From assembly GCA_965648915.1 (NCBI GenBank), contig CBFGIV010000012.1:1-56319 (forward strand): 56,319 bases of DNA. The letters run 5' to 3'. This DNA comes from a candidate division WOR-3 bacterium (lineage in GTDB: Bacteria > Hydrothermota > Tepidihabitantia > SM23-42 > CAYGYG01). The notes beneath the pieces are model-generated. The model saw nothing but the letters and a program-made list of their open reading frames with translations. It was not told where the DNA came from and made no database searches. This document shows positions 39,049-48,240 of this stretch, one piece after another. A program made the position numbers and the translations under genes. Position 1 is the first letter of the stretch. Each line of letters opens with the position of its first letter.

Positions 39049-39625
39049 TCGTAAAGCATAAATCGAATATAAGGGGCACGCCTTGGTGGGTGCCCCTATA
39101 TCTTTTTACCAGACCTTCATTGCGACTGACCATTCCTGATTCTAAGATCCTCCCACCTTTACCACCGCCAAAGATACTGTAGATTGAGCCGTCGGCTGCA
39201 AAGGAATCTGATGCATCAGTATAGACCCAGATTTCACCTTCCGGGATCTTATCGGGTGCTGGTCTTAAAATTCCATTTAAACCACTCGGGTTAAAGATGA
39301 TTGGACAGTTTTCATATAGTATTTCACTATGGATGAAGAGAAGATAGTCTTTAAGAGTTTCACCCCCCTGATTGACCGCGCTAAGACTGCCCGGATAATG
39401 GCCATTATTTTCATCGGCATACTCTTCGAGGGCGGTCTGGATTAGACTCATCACTCTTTTAACCCTGGTTTCCGTATTCCTGGCCCGGGCATCCTGTTGA
39501 TTGCGGATTAATAGAGAAATAAGAAATATCCCGATGATAATACTGAAGATTACTGAGAGCAGAACTGCCCATCGGGAGCGGTAGTATCTTCTCTTCGGAT
39601 TTTTTTGGCCGCTGTAAATAATCAC
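39032..39625 (-). CDS. Pilin/pseudopilin (GspG)-like protein without prepilin cleavage motif
   Basis: TM helix then ARAR...IQTALEEY..ENNGHYP helix typical of type IV pilins. Confidence 0.55.
   Translation of the reverse strand: MIIYSGQKNPKRRYYRSRWAVLLSVIFSIIIGIFLISLLIRNQQDARARNTETRVKRVMSLIQTALEEYADENNGHYPGSLSAVNQGGETLKDYLLFIHSEILYENCPIIFNPSGLNGILRPAPDKIPEGEIWVYTDASDSFAADGSIYSIFGGGKGGRILESGMVSRNEGLVKRYRGTHQGVPLIFDLCFTIISRW
39072..39107 (+). terminator. Intrinsic terminator
   Basis: AGGGGCAC-N10-GTGCCCCT followed by atatcttttt. Confidence 0.7.
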
Positions 39626-39705
39626 AAGATGCCCAGTTGGTTATATTATTATGCTAAAGGCGAGAAATGTCAATCTTAAATTAAGTAAATTCATCTTTTT
39701 TTCAA

Positions 39706-39733
39706 TTGACATTTAATCAGATTCAGATAGAAT
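39706..39733 (+). promoter_or_regulatory. sigma70-type promoter
   Basis: TTGACA-N16-TAGAAT. Confidence 0.75.
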
Positions 39734-39756
39734 GGCAAGTCCTTTAAGGAGGTTTA

Positions 39757-40347
39757 ATGAGAATCGTGGTTTTAACTGCACTTCTTTTAGTTGGGTTTGG
39801 TTTGACCCAGGCACCGCAATCTGAACCGAAGTTTACCTCACCGGTAGCAGTCTTTCAGACAACGCACGGGAAGATCGTTATCGAACTCTTTCCGAAAGAG
39901 GCACCGCTGACGGTTAAGAATTTTATCAAGCAAGCCCTGGCCGGTGCTTTTGACAGTACAACTTTTCATCGGGTGGTAAGAGGTTTTGTTATTCAAGGAG
40001 GTGATCCCAACAGTAAGGATGCGGATCCGGATAACGATGGTTATGGTGGTGGTATGATTGATGTTGAGCCCAGGAAACTTTCCAACAAGCGTGGCACAAT
40101 ATCAATGGCTTCTTCATCCCAGACTCAGCCGATCGATTCTCAATCTGATTGTCAGTTTTTTATCAACCTGGTCGATAATTTACGGCTTGATGATTTGGGT
40201 TTTATTCCATTTGGCAAGGTGATAAAAGGGATGAATGTAGTTGATAAGATTGCAATGGTGAAAGTGCGGCCGGGAAATAACCGACCTTTGAAGAATGTTA
40301 CTATATTAAAAGTTACAATAATAGAAAAGAGCAGACTGACGAAATAG
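39757..40347 (+). CDS. Exported cyclophilin-type peptidylprolyl isomerase
   Basis: APLTVKNF, FHRVVRGFVIQGGD, QFFINL, FGKVIKGMNVVDKIA; AAGGAGG SD. Confidence 0.93.
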   Translation: MRIVVLTALLLVGFGLTQAPQSEPKFTSPVAVFQTTHGKIVIELFPKEAPLTVKNFIKQALAGAFDSTTFHRVVRGFVIQGGDPNSKDADPDNDGYGGGMIDVEPRKLSNKRGTISMASSSQTQPIDSQSDCQFFINLVDNLRLDDLGFIPFGKVIKGMNVVDKIAMVKVRPGNNRPLKNVTILKVTIIEKSRLTK

Positions 40348-40349
40348 GG

Positions 40350-40680
40350 AGAGTTCTGAAAAACAATTCATCCTTTGCAAGATAAAGGTGTCAACAGGGA
40401 GGTCTGCATCCTGCGAGGCCTGATACGCTTCTTCAGACAGAAATGGCGCAAAAGATTTATCTGACTGAGGATAGTCTAATTTGGCTCGCTCCAAAGGTGT
40501 TATGAAATTCCTTGTCTTATCCTGATGTCTGCACCTGGTATTATAACACCATACCCACCGGGCCAAATAATCAGATTTTAAGTGAAGGGATCGAGCTCGT
40601 CTCTGTCCGACAAAATCGTCCAGGCAGACATCTACTACCGAACCTGATGATAAGGCAGACAGTGGTTAAGATGTCTATTT
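40350..40680 (-). mobile_element. Decayed transposase fragment (integrase-core type, IS3/IS481-like)
   Basis: Minus frame YLARWVWCYNTRCRHQ...ITPLE resembles the YN..R.H....TP C-terminal motif of integrase-core transposases. Confidence 0.45.
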
Positions 40681-40689
40681 AAGAGGTGC

Positions 40690-40717
40690 TTGACTTTTCA
40701 GAAAAATTGAATAGATT
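40690..40717 (+). promoter_or_regulatory. sigma70-type promoter
   Basis: TTGACT-N16-TAGATT. Confidence 0.65.
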
Positions 40718-40735
40718 ATTATCAGGAGGTCTTTA

Positions 40736-41296
40736 ATGAAAAAGGCTTTCATAATTTTACCTTTAATATTTTTTGCCTGCCGGCATGTCACGCCCTATAA
40801 GCTGACTAATTATTTTTTGAATGAATCGGCGATGAGCGAATTGAGGGCTAAACGGGTAGCGGTCCTGCCCTTCGGTGCTACGGCCAGCCGTTACGGCACC
40901 CAGATGGCCGACGAATTTAATGTTCAACTCGGGAAATTGGGCATTTTTGAACTGGTTGAACGGCAGAGGGTCGAAGAACTTTTTAAGGAGCAGGATTTTG
41001 ACCCGAAGCGGCTCGACCCTGAGACTGCGGTCAAGATTGGTAAGATGCTGGGCGCCCATGGTGTAATCCTGGGGAATGTTATGGCTTATAGTGAAGGCAA
41101 AGTCGGGGCTAGCGTAAAACTGGTAAATGTTGAGACCGGAGAACAGATCTGGCAGGCGAGTGATGTCCTGAACGGTGATGATAAGCGAGTTAAGAAACTG
41201 GTTGAGAAATCGGATCACTATCGTCTGTTGGAAGACCCTGCATTTCTGAGTCAGGTTCTCTGTCGGCTGATGGCAGAAACATTGAAGGGAAAATGA
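40736..41296 (+). CDS. CsgG/HfaB-family lipoprotein
   Basis: Lipobox FFAC; RVAVLPF, FELVERQRVEELFKEQ, KIGKMLGA, KLVNVETGE. Confidence 0.82.
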   Translation: MKKAFIILPLIFFACRHVTPYKLTNYFLNESAMSELRAKRVAVLPFGATASRYGTQMADEFNVQLGKLGIFELVERQRVEELFKEQDFDPKRLDPETAVKIGKMLGAHGVILGNVMAYSEGKVGASVKLVNVETGEQIWQASDVLNGDDKRVKKLVEKSDHYRLLEDPAFLSQVLCRLMAETLKGK

Positions 41297-42054
41297 AAAG
41301 GCTTATATCCGGTATTCTCCTGGTTTCCTTTACCATCTCCTGCGGACCGGTTAAACCCTACCGGGTTACTAACTTCTTCCGTTCATCAAAGATTGAAGAA
41401 AGAGGGATAAAACGAATAGCAGTTTTACCTTTTGGTAATCTGACTGATTTCCGGACCGCTGATCTCATCGTTACCGATGAAATGAATCTGCAACTTGGCA
41501 AACTTGGTGTCTTCGATCTGGTTGAGAGGATAAAGATCGAGGAACTCTTCAAGGAACAGGATCTCGATACCTTAAGATTTGACCCAGTAACTGTCGCCCG
41601 GATCGGTAAGATGCTTGGTGCCCAGGGAGTAGTATTAGGCAATGTGACACATTTTAAGCCTCATCCCAAAGAGGTGATTGATACGGTCCGGAAGTTTGGC
41701 GGCCGGGAACGCTATCCGCCAGTTATCATTATTGGCGACCACGACCGTAATGGCGATGATGATTTCTGGAAGGTCGCCTGCATTGTTGGTGCGGCAGTTA
41801 CGGTTGTGGGGGTGGTGATTTATTTGATTTTCAAGCCCAAGCCCTCAGCCGAGGTTGGTGTCAGTATGCGGCTGGTCGATGTCGAGACGGGAGAGCAACT
41901 CTGGCAGGTAAAAGACCTTTTTAAGGGCAATAAGAGGGCAATCCAGGAACTGGTTAAGACGAAGGAAGATAAGAAGCGGCTTACTGAGGATGTTGAGTTT
42001 CTCACCCGGATTCTCTGCCAGGAGATGGTAAGGACTTTTAAGTATCGCCAGTAG
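41293..42054 (+). CDS. CsgG/HfaB-family lipoprotein (paralog with hydrophobic insert)
   Basis: Lipobox TISC; RIAVLPF, FDLVER..IEELFKEQ, RLVDVETGE. Confidence 0.82.
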   Translation: MKRLISGILLVSFTISCGPVKPYRVTNFFRSSKIEERGIKRIAVLPFGNLTDFRTADLIVTDEMNLQLGKLGVFDLVERIKIEELFKEQDLDTLRFDPVTVARIGKMLGAQGVVLGNVTHFKPHPKEVIDTVRKFGGRERYPPVIIIGDHDRNGDDDFWKVACIVGAAVTVVGVVIYLIFKPKPSAEVGVSMRLVDVETGEQLWQVKDLFKGNKRAIQELVKTKEDKKRLTEDVEFLTRILCQEMVRTFKYRQ

Positions 42055-42090
42055 ATAATTTTTTTATAACTTGAAATTGGTAACTGCCCC

Positions 42091-42118
42091 TTGACAATTA
42101 TCACATCCTGCATAAAAT
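42091..42118 (+). promoter_or_regulatory. tRNA operon promoter
   Basis: TTGACA-N16-TAAAAT. Confidence 0.8.
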
Positions 42119-42139
42119 GGAATGCTTATTAATGTAGAT

Positions 42140-42211
42140 GCCGACATAGCTCAGGGGCAGAGCAATGGTTTTGTAAACCATAGGTCGGGGGTTCAATTCC
42201 CTCTGTCGGCT
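42140..42211 (+). tRNA. tRNA-Thr(TGT)
   Basis: Acceptor GCCGACA/TGTCGGC, anticodon arm ATGGT-TTTGTAA-ACCAT, TTCAATT T-loop; CCA not encoded. Confidence 0.96.
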
Positions 42212-42237
42212 ATTTAAAATTGATCTGGTTGTAGTTC

Positions 42238-42321
42238 GGGCAGGTGGCGGAGTGGACAATCGCATCAGACTGTAAATCTGACGGCCGTTGGCCTTCGGAG
42301 GTTCGAATCCTTCCCTGCCCA
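42238..42321 (+). tRNA. tRNA-Tyr(GTA)
   Basis: Acceptor GGGCAGG/CCTGCCC, TCAGA-CTGTAAA-TCTGA, long variable arm, TTCGAAT; CCA not encoded. Confidence 0.96.
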
Positions 42322-42497
42322 TCTATCCAATCTAAACATTATAACAATTTATATCTGAACTCAGTTTCTTGATCGACATCCCATGTAAGGGTACTTGCAC
42401 TTAACTCCGGGATAAATTTTATAAATCGGAAAATGCGAATAGATAATAATCATACCCTAATTTCATTAATTGTCTAAATGAGAGAATGAAAGGTGGT

Positions 42498-45400
42498 TTA
42501 ACCCTTTTCTATTAGTTCATCGCATCTTTTCACCCAGATTCTGGCATTGCATTTTTCAAAGATTTGTTTTGCTTTTTTTAAGTAGATATCTGCTTTTTCC
42601 GCTTCATTCCTTGACTTTAACTTTTGCCCGTAATAATAGCACGCTTTGGCTAAGTCAAAAGGTTGTTTTATCTCTTCAAAGATTTTTATTGCTTCGTTAA
42701 ATTTATTCTCGGCTTCGTTCTCCTTTTCGGTGATGCTTTCGATTCGTGCCTGGAGAAGGATCACCTCGGCCTTGCCCGGTTTCGACTTGAGTTCCTCGGC
42801 TAATTTCATTGCCGTTTCGGCATAAGACTTTGCTTTTTCAATGGAATTTTTTTCTAATTCTAATAGCCCGAGCGCAAGATATATTCGGCGTGTAATTTCC
42901 TTTACTCCAATTTGTTTGGCAATCTGCGCGGCTTTAGTAAAATAAATTTCTGCTTCATCATATCTGCCCTGTTCGAGAAAGACCTTGCCGATATTGTTAA
43001 GGCTGTATGCCTGACCTGGCAGATAATTTATCTCCTTAAATATTTCTAAGGATTCATTATAGGCGGTAAGCGCGTTCTGGTAATCCCCAAAAACATTATG
43101 GACAAAGCCGATATTGTTTAAACTTTCGCCCTGCCCAATACGATGCCCTATCCTCTTTCTGATTGTAAGAGACCGGGTAAAATATTTTAATGCCTTTGAA
43201 TAATCACCAAGCACACAATAGACGCCACCTAAATTACTCAGACTGTAACCCTGGCCATACTGATCTCCTATCTCTTCCCTAATATGCAAAGATCTGAGAT
43301 AGGATTCGAGTGCTCGTTCATAATCATTAAGAATGATGTGGACATAGCCAATGTTATTAAGAGATTCTGCCTCTCCAACGCGATGGCCGATTTCCTGCCG
43401 TATCTTTAATGATTTAGTAAGATACTCTAACGCCATAGAATAATCACCCTGCGCGGCGTAGGCAGTGCTTATGTTATTATAGGTAACTGCTTGTTGATAT
43501 CGGTTATCCGCTTTTTTTTGTAAAATTAATGATTTTTGATAATATCCAAGTGCCTTTGCAACATCCCCCAGTATCCTATAAACACTACCGATATTATTTA
43601 AATTTTCTGACTGCCCAGCCTCATCTCCTATCTCTTCCTGAATTTTCAAGGATTTGTTGTAATATTCAAGTGCCCCTGGATAATTGCCAAGAATGTTATA
43701 AACATAACCAATATTGGTTAAACATCGGGCTTCTCCTCTCCGGTCTTTTATCGCTTGATATAGCAAAAGAGATTTTTGGGCCGAATTTAACATATCATCA
43801 TACTTACTCATCGAGCCATAAATATTCGATAATTGAAATAGACAATCTGCCTCAAGTTTTCTGTTCTCAATTTCCCTTGCAATCGCACTTCCTCTATTTA
43901 TTTCCTCGAGGGCCAGCTCACTCTGCCCGATCAAATTTAACATTTCAGACTTTTCCTTCAGGCAATTAATTAATTTCTCCTTTTTTCCAGTCTCCTCGGC
44001 ACATTTTATTGCCCGGTCGAATAATTCTATTGCCTGTTGGTTGAGATTTAAATGTTTTGCCTTCGCTGCTGACTTTATTGAATATTCTAATGCCTTTTCC
44101 CAGTTCTCACCAAGATAATATTGATAAGACAAAAAATCCGAATAATCTTCAATTCTTTTCGCAAACAACTCTTCAACACTTTCTGCCACCCGGTTGTGTA
44201 GTCTTTTTCTTGTCTTCCTTAAAATATTTTTGTATGTTACTTCCTGCAGGAGAGGATGCCGAAATGAATATTCAACCTCGGGCTCTTTTTTAGATTCTTT
44301 AATAAATTCAAACTCCTCAAGTGTTGCCAGATAGAGGGTCAGGAGCAATTCGTTAAATTCAGAAACATTCTGTATTACGCGCGGATAAAAACTCCGTCCC
44401 ATAACTGATGCCAGTTGTAGAATCTGTTTCAATTCTGGTTCTAAATAGTCTAATCTTGAAATAATTACCGACTGAACTGTATCGGGGATTTCAATCCTGC
44501 TGACATCTGAGGCTAAACGCCAGACACCGGCCGAAAAGAGTAGAATACCTGAGTCGATTAATGTTCTAAATATCTCTTCAAGATAAAAGGGATTGCCTTC
44601 GGCCTTTTCTAAGATTTTATCTTTGAATTCTTCAGGAATTGCAGGGATATTTAAAAGGTGATAAACAAGTCTGGTAGATGTTTTATCATCTAGTGGCATT
44701 AAGAAAATTTCAGAAAAGTTAGCGCCGAGTCTGTTTTTGATACGCTCTTTTATTTTCCAGGATTCCTTTTCTTTTTCAGGTCGGGTGAGACAAAGGAGTA
44801 AAAAAGGAAAATCTTCTTTCTGGATGAGGAATTCCAGGATTTCTAAAGAGGCTGAGTCAATCCAGTGATAATCTTCAAATACTAAAATCAGTGGTTGTTT
44901 TTCTGCCAGACTTAATAATAATTTTTTGATACTTAGAAATATCTGGAGTTTTAGTGCCTGGGGGTCGAGGTGCCTTACTCTTTCGGCGAGTTCATCTATC
45001 AGATCAACCGAAAACAGCTGGCACAAGGAAGAAGCAACTTCCTGGTAGCCATCAAGATATAATTCTCTTGTTTTATCTAAGATTTTCTCTTGAATAAGAT
45101 TTTGGGGATCTTCATCAGTGATAGAAAAGATCCCTTTCAAAATCTGTATAAAGGGTGAATATGGGTAATTTTCGTCGTAAAGCGAGCAACGCCCTTCAAG
45201 AAGGGAAGTGGGAAATGGAGCGAGATGTTTTTTTAGTTCTTCATAGAGCCGGGATTTACCCAGGCCGGCCTCACCGATGATGAAGACTACACCACCCCGG
45301 CCGCTCTGCAATTCATATGCCTTCTGTTTCAGCAAAGCAAATTCTTTTTCTCTGCCTATCATCGGTGCATAGAGCCCTTGGATGCCTCGCTTGGGGTCGG

Positions 45401-45986
45401 GTTTTTTTTTGATCTTAAAGGGTCTGAAGATTTTAACTGGACGCTCAATCCCTTTAAGACTAACCGGCGCCAATACTTCATATTCAAACAGATACCTTGA
45501 TGCCCGGAAGATAGTTTCCGAGACGATTATCTCACCCCTCTTTGCTACATCTTTTAATCTTGATGCAAGGTTTACGGCATCGCCCATCACCGTAAATTCC
45601 TTCTTCTCTGAAGAACCAATCTCACCAACGAATACAATACCGCTATTTATGCCAATATGTAAACCGAGGTCGGTCTTTTTTTTGAGTTTCAGGCTGAGTT
45701 TATCATTTATCTCAGGCATAATCGCCATCATCTCCAGCGACGCTTTTATCGCTCGCTCCGGATCATCCTCGTGATTAACGGGAAGGCCAAATAAAGCAAT
45801 GACCAGATCGCCCTCGTATTTGTGAATTAACCCACCCTGTTTGATGATTAATTTATTCAATAATTCGAAGCAGGTATTAGCAACTTCTTGTACATCCTCA
45901 GGATCGAGGCGGGAAGAGAGGGCAGTAAAACCTGACAGATCTGCAAACAGGATTGTGACTAAACGAAGTTCTTCCTTTTGTATCAT
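42498..45986 (-). CDS. Class III adenylate cyclase - AAA/STAND NTPase - TPR-repeat protein
   Basis: LFADLSGFT, KYEGD, TVMGDAVNLASRL; Walker A GEAGLGKS, Walker B LVFEDYHW; GNPFYLEE; 40-aa TPR units. Confidence 0.92.
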   Translation of the reverse strand: MIQKEELRLVTILFADLSGFTALSSRLDPEDVQEVANTCFELLNKLIIKQGGLIHKYEGDLVIALFGLPVNHEDDPERAIKASLEMMAIMPEINDKLSLKLKKKTDLGLHIGINSGIVFVGEIGSSEKKEFTVMGDAVNLASRLKDVAKRGEIIVSETIFRASRYLFEYEVLAPVSLKGIERPVKIFRPFKIKKKPDPKRGIQGLYAPMIGREKEFALLKQKAYELQSGRGGVVFIIGEAGLGKSRLYEELKKHLAPFPTSLLEGRCSLYDENYPYSPFIQILKGIFSITDEDPQNLIQEKILDKTRELYLDGYQEVASSLCQLFSVDLIDELAERVRHLDPQALKLQIFLSIKKLLLSLAEKQPLILVFEDYHWIDSASLEILEFLIQKEDFPFLLLCLTRPEKEKESWKIKERIKNRLGANFSEIFLMPLDDKTSTRLVYHLLNIPAIPEEFKDKILEKAEGNPFYLEEIFRTLIDSGILLFSAGVWRLASDVSRIEIPDTVQSVIISRLDYLEPELKQILQLASVMGRSFYPRVIQNVSEFNELLLTLYLATLEEFEFIKESKKEPEVEYSFRHPLLQEVTYKNILRKTRKRLHNRVAESVEELFAKRIEDYSDFLSYQYYLGENWEKALEYSIKSAAKAKHLNLNQQAIELFDRAIKCAEETGKKEKLINCLKEKSEMLNLIGQSELALEEINRGSAIAREIENRKLEADCLFQLSNIYGSMSKYDDMLNSAQKSLLLYQAIKDRRGEARCLTNIGYVYNILGNYPGALEYYNKSLKIQEEIGDEAGQSENLNNIGSVYRILGDVAKALGYYQKSLILQKKADNRYQQAVTYNNISTAYAAQGDYSMALEYLTKSLKIRQEIGHRVGEAESLNNIGYVHIILNDYERALESYLRSLHIREEIGDQYGQGYSLSNLGGVYCVLGDYSKALKYFTRSLTIRKRIGHRIGQGESLNNIGFVHNVFGDYQNALTAYNESLEIFKEINYLPGQAYSLNNIGKVFLEQGRYDEAEIYFTKAAQIAKQIGVKEITRRIYLALGLLELEKNSIEKAKSYAETAMKLAEELKSKPGKAEVILLQARIESITEKENEAENKFNEAIKIFEEIKQPFDLAKACYYYGQKLKSRNEAEKADIYLKKAKQIFEKCNARIWVKRCDELIEKG
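42930..43770 (-). repeat. TPR coding repeats with 120-bp period
   Basis: LNNIG-type codons recur near 42991, 43111, 43231, 43351, 43471, 43591, 43711. Confidence 0.8.
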
Positions 45987-46002
45987 CAGTATTAGTTATG
46001 AT

Positions 46003-46031
46003 ATTCTAACCGTATTTTTTAAAAAGGTCAA
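46003..46031 (-). promoter_or_regulatory. sigma70-type promoter with 17-bp spacer
   Basis: Minus strand TTGACC-N17-TAGAAT. Confidence 0.6.
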
Positions 46032-46135
46032 GACCGAACCCGATGATACTTTGCATTACATTTTTGTAACTTTGAAAATTTCCCTCTCGCTTTCCAGAGG
46101 CAACCAAAAGGAATTATGTCCCGTCCACATCAGCA

Positions 46136-46163
46136 TTGACAACTTCTGTTTTGTTACTATAAT
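46136..46163 (+). promoter_or_regulatory. sigma70-type promoter
   Basis: TTGACA-N16-TATAAT. Confidence 0.8.
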
Positions 46164-46173
46164 AATAGAAATT

Positions 46174-48180
46174 ATGAAGAATGACTTGCCTGGTTTTGAG
46201 AAAGAAAAGATATTTGAAGAGATTGCTCAGGCAATCCTTGCCCATCTTGATTTGAATCGGGTATTCAGGGCGGTCTTAGAAAAGGCAATGAGATTTTTTA
46301 ACAGTGATGCCGCCTCTTTAATGCTCTTTGATGAAAGTCGTGAATTTCTTACGATTGTTGCCAGTGCGGGGCTCGATCCTGATTATGTAAAGATTGTTAA
46401 GGTTAAAAAGGATGAAGAGATTGCTGGTCGAGTTATTCAGGAGAAAAAGGTTCGGGTCGTAAATGATGTGGCTGAGGTTTTCTTGGAGATTGGAGATACC
46501 TATTCTTATGAAAAGATCAAGAATGAGGGTTTGGTTTCACTGATCTGTGCGCCGATTGTCTCACAATCTGAATACTTAGGTGTGCTAAATATTTATTTTC
46601 GTAGGCAGCAGGACTTAAGCGAAGATGAGATTGCGAATATTTCCTTTTTTTGCAATCTCATCGCCATTGCCATCGAGAATGCCAGGTATTATAAAGAGAC
46701 CAGTGAACGATTGCAGTCCATTGTTGAATTGAATGAATTGGGCCTTTCCATAACTTCTTTAAGAACAGTTGATGAGATTGCTCAAACAGTTATTAAGTAT
46801 TCAGTTAAACTGGTCGGAGGTCATGCTTCAGGGGTAATAGTGTTTAAGTCAAATAGCAGTGAGATCGATCAGGCATATTTCTATGATCGAAAAGGCAAGG
46901 AAATTTATATTGATAATGATCTTGCAAATCGGGTAAAGGGATTCATCGATTATGTAGTTATTAATCAAAAACCATTATTTATCAGCGATGTTACAGAAGG
47001 GGATTTCTTGAATTCTAATAAATTACCTGCTGATTGGCGCTCAATCTTTTGCTTACCGATCAAACTCAAAGATAAAATTATCGGCATATTGCTTTTGAGT
47101 GAAACAAGACCGCGGATTATTACTGAACGGGAGAAGATTCTATTGAACTTTCTTGCCAACGAATCGGCTGTAGCAATTGAGAATGCTGTGCTCTATGAGA
47201 ATATTGAACAACGAATGAAGGAGATGTCGATATTATACGAGGTGAGTCAGAGCTTGATTTCGACCCTGGAGCTGGATGCATTGTTTGCAAATACACTGCT
47301 GAAACTCAAAGAGACGATGGGATATGTAAACTGCGCTATATTATTTGTGGATGAAGTAAAACAGGAACTTTATTTCCGCTCCTCAATCGGTTATCCTGAA
47401 GAGGTTACCAGGATGAGATTAAAAATTGGCCAGGGACTTACCGGGTGGGCGGTAAAAGAAAGAAAAATTGTCTATGTACCCGATGTTACTAAGGATCATA
47501 GATATGTGCTGGGTATGAAAGAGACAAAGTCAGAACTTGCAATACCTCTTGAGTTTAAAGGTAGGATTATAGGCGTCCTGGATGTTGAGAGCCCAAAGAT
47601 AGACGGCTTCAGTCAATGGGAGATAAAACTTATGGAATCGATATCGTCCCAGCTGGCAATGGCAATATATAATTCTTCGCTTTTTGAAGAAGTTAGGGCT
47701 TTATCTTTAACCGATCCATTAACTGAAATTGCTAACAGAAGACATTTTGATATATTATTGGATTCAGAATTGAGAAGGTCTGAACGCTATGGTCGGCCAT
47801 TGAGTATAATAATGCTTGATCTTGACCATTTTAAGGAATACAATGACTTAAATGGCCATATTGCTGGAGATCAGGTATTAAAAGAGTTTGCTAAAATTAT
47901 GAAGGGTGAGATAAGAGAGATAGATTTTATTGCTCGATATGGGGGTGATGAATTTGTTGTTATACTTCCGGAGACGGATAACCTTTTTGCCAAACTGGTA
48001 GCAGAGAGGATCAGACAAAAGATTGAGACAAATTCAATCGATCCCAGCGTCACTGTGAGTCTCGGGATCGCATCATTTCCCAGAGACGCCCGGAATAAAG
48101 AAGGACTGATTCAGGCTGCGGATCGATCCCTCTATGCCGCAAAACAACTCGGTGGTAATCGTATTGCCCTGGCTGAGTAA
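46174..48180 (+). CDS. Triple-GAF diguanylate cyclase
   Basis: Three GAF domains (AIAIENA linkers); TDPLTEIANRR, DLDHFKEYND..GH..GD, RYGGDEF, I-site REID; ATG 46174 lies downstream of the promoter. Confidence 0.93.
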   Translation: MKNDLPGFEKEKIFEEIAQAILAHLDLNRVFRAVLEKAMRFFNSDAASLMLFDESREFLTIVASAGLDPDYVKIVKVKKDEEIAGRVIQEKKVRVVNDVAEVFLEIGDTYSYEKIKNEGLVSLICAPIVSQSEYLGVLNIYFRRQQDLSEDEIANISFFCNLIAIAIENARYYKETSERLQSIVELNELGLSITSLRTVDEIAQTVIKYSVKLVGGHASGVIVFKSNSSEIDQAYFYDRKGKEIYIDNDLANRVKGFIDYVVINQKPLFISDVTEGDFLNSNKLPADWRSIFCLPIKLKDKIIGILLLSETRPRIITEREKILLNFLANESAVAIENAVLYENIEQRMKEMSILYEVSQSLISTLELDALFANTLLKLKETMGYVNCAILFVDEVKQELYFRSSIGYPEEVTRMRLKIGQGLTGWAVKERKIVYVPDVTKDHRYVLGMKETKSELAIPLEFKGRIIGVLDVESPKIDGFSQWEIKLMESISSQLAMAIYNSSLFEEVRALSLTDPLTEIANRRHFDILLDSELRRSERYGRPLSIIMLDLDHFKEYNDLNGHIAGDQVLKEFAKIMKGEIREIDFIARYGGDEFVVILPETDNLFAKLVAERIRQKIETNSIDPSVTVSLGIASFPRDARNKEGLIQAADRSLYAAKQLGGNRIALAE

Positions 48181-48206
48181 CTTGCAAATATCTTTATAAA
48201 AAATGT

Positions 48207-48234
48207 TTGACATTTGCCCTAAAAGATTTATAAT
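48207..48234 (+). promoter_or_regulatory. sigma70-type promoter (leaderless thrS mRNA)
   Basis: TTGACA-N16-TATAAT, 6 nt before ATG 48241. Confidence 0.82.
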
Positions 48235-48240
48235 TTAACT

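Noticed and set aside
42101..42322. 73-aa minus-strand ORF MGREGFEPPK...
   Set aside because: It is the antisense translation of the two tRNA genes
42930..43770. Periodic repeats as CRISPR or DGR
   Set aside because: Degenerate 120-bp coding TPR units; no identical repeat-spacer array, cas gene or reverse transcriptase in the window
45841..46173. N-terminal 111-aa extension of the GGDEF ORF
   Set aside because: It overlaps the divergent gene and both promoters; the real start is most likely ATG 46174
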